Below are positions 62,237 through 64,000 of a stretch of DNA of 64,000 nucleotides, piece by piece. A program made the translations under genes and the position numbers. Position 1 is the first letter of the stretch. The number at the start of each line of letters is the position of its first letter. The notes below the pieces were generated by a model that was not told the DNA's origin, did no database searches, and worked only from the letters and a program-made list of their open reading frames with translations. The DNA is from Cenococcum geophilum (taxonomy: Eukaryota), in contig CP158636.1 in NCBI GenBank assembly GCA_050273025.1, forward strand, positions 5,270,001 to 5,334,000, given 5' to 3'.

Positions 62237-63658
62237 CAAGGGGGGGTAACATAAGCGGGCCAGCTGCCCTCCCTGCTAGCGTTGGCGCGGTATTAGCCAT
62301 ATAAAGTATAGCTCTTGTAGTAATCTAATAATTTATAAGCAGCCGAAGAAGCTGCGAGAGCACAACCTAGAGGTAATATAAAGTAATTGAAATGCGAGAT
62401 ATGATATACATTTTAATGTACATCTCGATATACATCTCAATATACATCTTAAAATGCCAAATCTTATACGCCATAAACGTGGCCACCATCTACCTCTAAT
62501 GCTTAGCTATCTAGTTCTTCGAAATGCAGGAACCCGGCTATCCTTGCGCGAGCGTAATATCGCATATTCTCTTAGTCGCTATGCTGGTTGGACCCATAAG
62601 AAGATCGGCAGCTCTCTTGGCGTCTCCCGCAGTGCAATCTCTGCCTCCCTCCAAAAGGATACCTGGACCCCTTAAAAGTAGAAAGGAAGAAAGCCAGATA
62701 TCAATACTCCAACAAGAAAGCGCCTTATTGCGCGTGCTAAGCTTAATCGTTTCCACCAACAAAAGCTATTTAAAGAGATTGCATTCCTAGAGGGCGTCTC
62801 TGCCTGCAAGCGATCTCTATACAAAGCCTTTAAAAAAGAGGGATATTTTTGCCGTATTGCGACGGAGAAGCCCCTTATTACACCTGAACAACGAGAGGCT
62901 AGGCTAAAATAGGCCTATTCTTACCTTAAATGGACTCCTGAGATATGGGTAGCAGTAATATAGACTAATAAGGCGTCTATTCGAACCGGTGGAGGCCAGA
63001 TTTTTATCACTAGATGCGCTGAGGAGAAGTATAATATTGATTGCTATGTCCCTAAATTTAGGGGCTACTTAAGCTAGATAATTTATAGTAGCATCTCCCA
63101 TGGAAATAAGGGGCCTTTGGTTGTTTTTAAGAAGGACTAGTCGATTAAGCTTAGCTATAAGAAGAAGACAATAAATGGCGATGTATATCGTACGTATATA
63201 TGCCCTAATATTAAGGCTTTTATATGGGAGTTATGGCAAATACTACGACACCAGCCTATTCTTGTAGAGGATAATGCCTTAATTTACTTAGCAAAAGCAA
63301 CCCGCCTAGCCTGGGAGTAGAATAGCATGGTTATAATAGAATGGCCGGCAAATTCTCCAGATTTGAACCCAATTAAGAATATTTGGAGGCTATTAAAGGG
63401 GAGAATACAACGTAGATTTCCTACAATAAAAGAGGAGGTTAGGAGGTATGCAGAGGAGGAATGGGAGAAGCTCGAACCCGAAGACTTTAAGAAGTATACT
63501 GGCAATATAAGGGAGCGCTGCCTTGCTGTAATTGCTGCAGATGGGGGTCCTACAAAATACTGAATAAGCACTGTTTTTAATGTGGCAATGTGGCAATATA
63601 AGCACTAGCAGGAAGCGCTTGCAGGGAGGGCAGCTGGCCCGCTCATGTTACCCCCTTG
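62237..63658 (+). mobile_element. Tc1/mariner DNA transposon (Tc1-type DD34E), lightly RIPed
   Basis: TIR of about 45 bp CAAG(n)TAACATRAGCGGGCCAGCTGCCCTCCCTGC (G run 7 versus 5), flanked by TA on both sides (62235-62236, 63659-63660). Confidence 0.93.
62454..63563 (+). pseudogene. Tc1 transposase, inactivated by transitions
   Basis: N-terminal HTH; WTDEAS remnant ~62960; VEDNA then 34 residues to SPDLNPI(E>K)NIW; several in-frame TAA/TAG; ends GGPTKY. Confidence 0.9.
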
Positions 63659-63743
63659 TAGTCGCTTAGAGCTTATTCTTTAGAGTCGTAGCTTAATTTA
63701 GCACGGTCTACCCCGGGGGCACCTCTGCGCCCCTACGCCTCTA

Positions 63744-63834
63744 CGCCTCTCCCTCCGCCTCTCCCTCCGCCTCTCCCTCCGCCTCTCCCTCCGCCTCTCC
63801 CTCCGCCTCTCCCTCCGCCTCTCCCTCCGCCTCT
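63744..63834. repeat. 12-bp tandem repeat (CGCCTCTCCCTC) x7 plus degenerate flanks
   Basis: Direct reading of the sequence. Confidence 0.9.
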
Positions 63835-64000
63835 ACGCCTCTCCCTACGCCCCCACGCCTCTCCCTACGCCTCCCTATGCCTCCGCGTCTTTACGTCTTT
63901 ATGTCTGCGTCTATGTCTCCATACCTCTCTACCTAACACCCTATAAGACGTGCAAAGAAACGCACAAGGAGACGCAAGGAGACATGGGCAGAGACACGGG

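Overview
Filamentous ascomycete (Pezizomycotina-type) DNA with spliceosomal introns and heavy repeat-induced point mutation (RIP). Bases 1-5163 are host sequence: the 5' end of a metallo-beta-lactamase-fold gene, a broken FAD-dependent (sarcosine/fructosyl-amine oxidase-like) pseudogene interrupted by a ~149-bp MITE, and an apparently intact 4-exon acid sphingomyelinase-like gene. Bases 5164-52537 form one Mutator-like (MULE) DNA transposon with matching TIRs and a 9-bp TSD. It was inflated from about 4.4 kb to 47.4 kb by nested insertions, each with its own TSD: a TRIM, Copia A, LINE-1 containing Gypsy B, and Copia C containing Copia D, LINE-2 and Copia E. A ~0.7-kb non-RIPed island follows, then a minus-strand RNase H-containing LINE carrying a gag-only Gypsy derivative, a Tc1 (DD34E) element and a 12-bp tandem repeat. 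All TE ORFs are dead. The most notable observations are a 444-bp TRIM with a Tf1-like self-priming site instead of a tRNA PBS, CCAAT-plus-palindrome modules shared between Copia and Gypsy 3' regions, a gag-only LTR element, a Copia pair sharing pol but differing in gag, and a MITE whose empty site implies an atypical TSD. All coordinates and alignments were read by eye; protein motifs inside TEs were read through inferred RIP changes; no database search was run.
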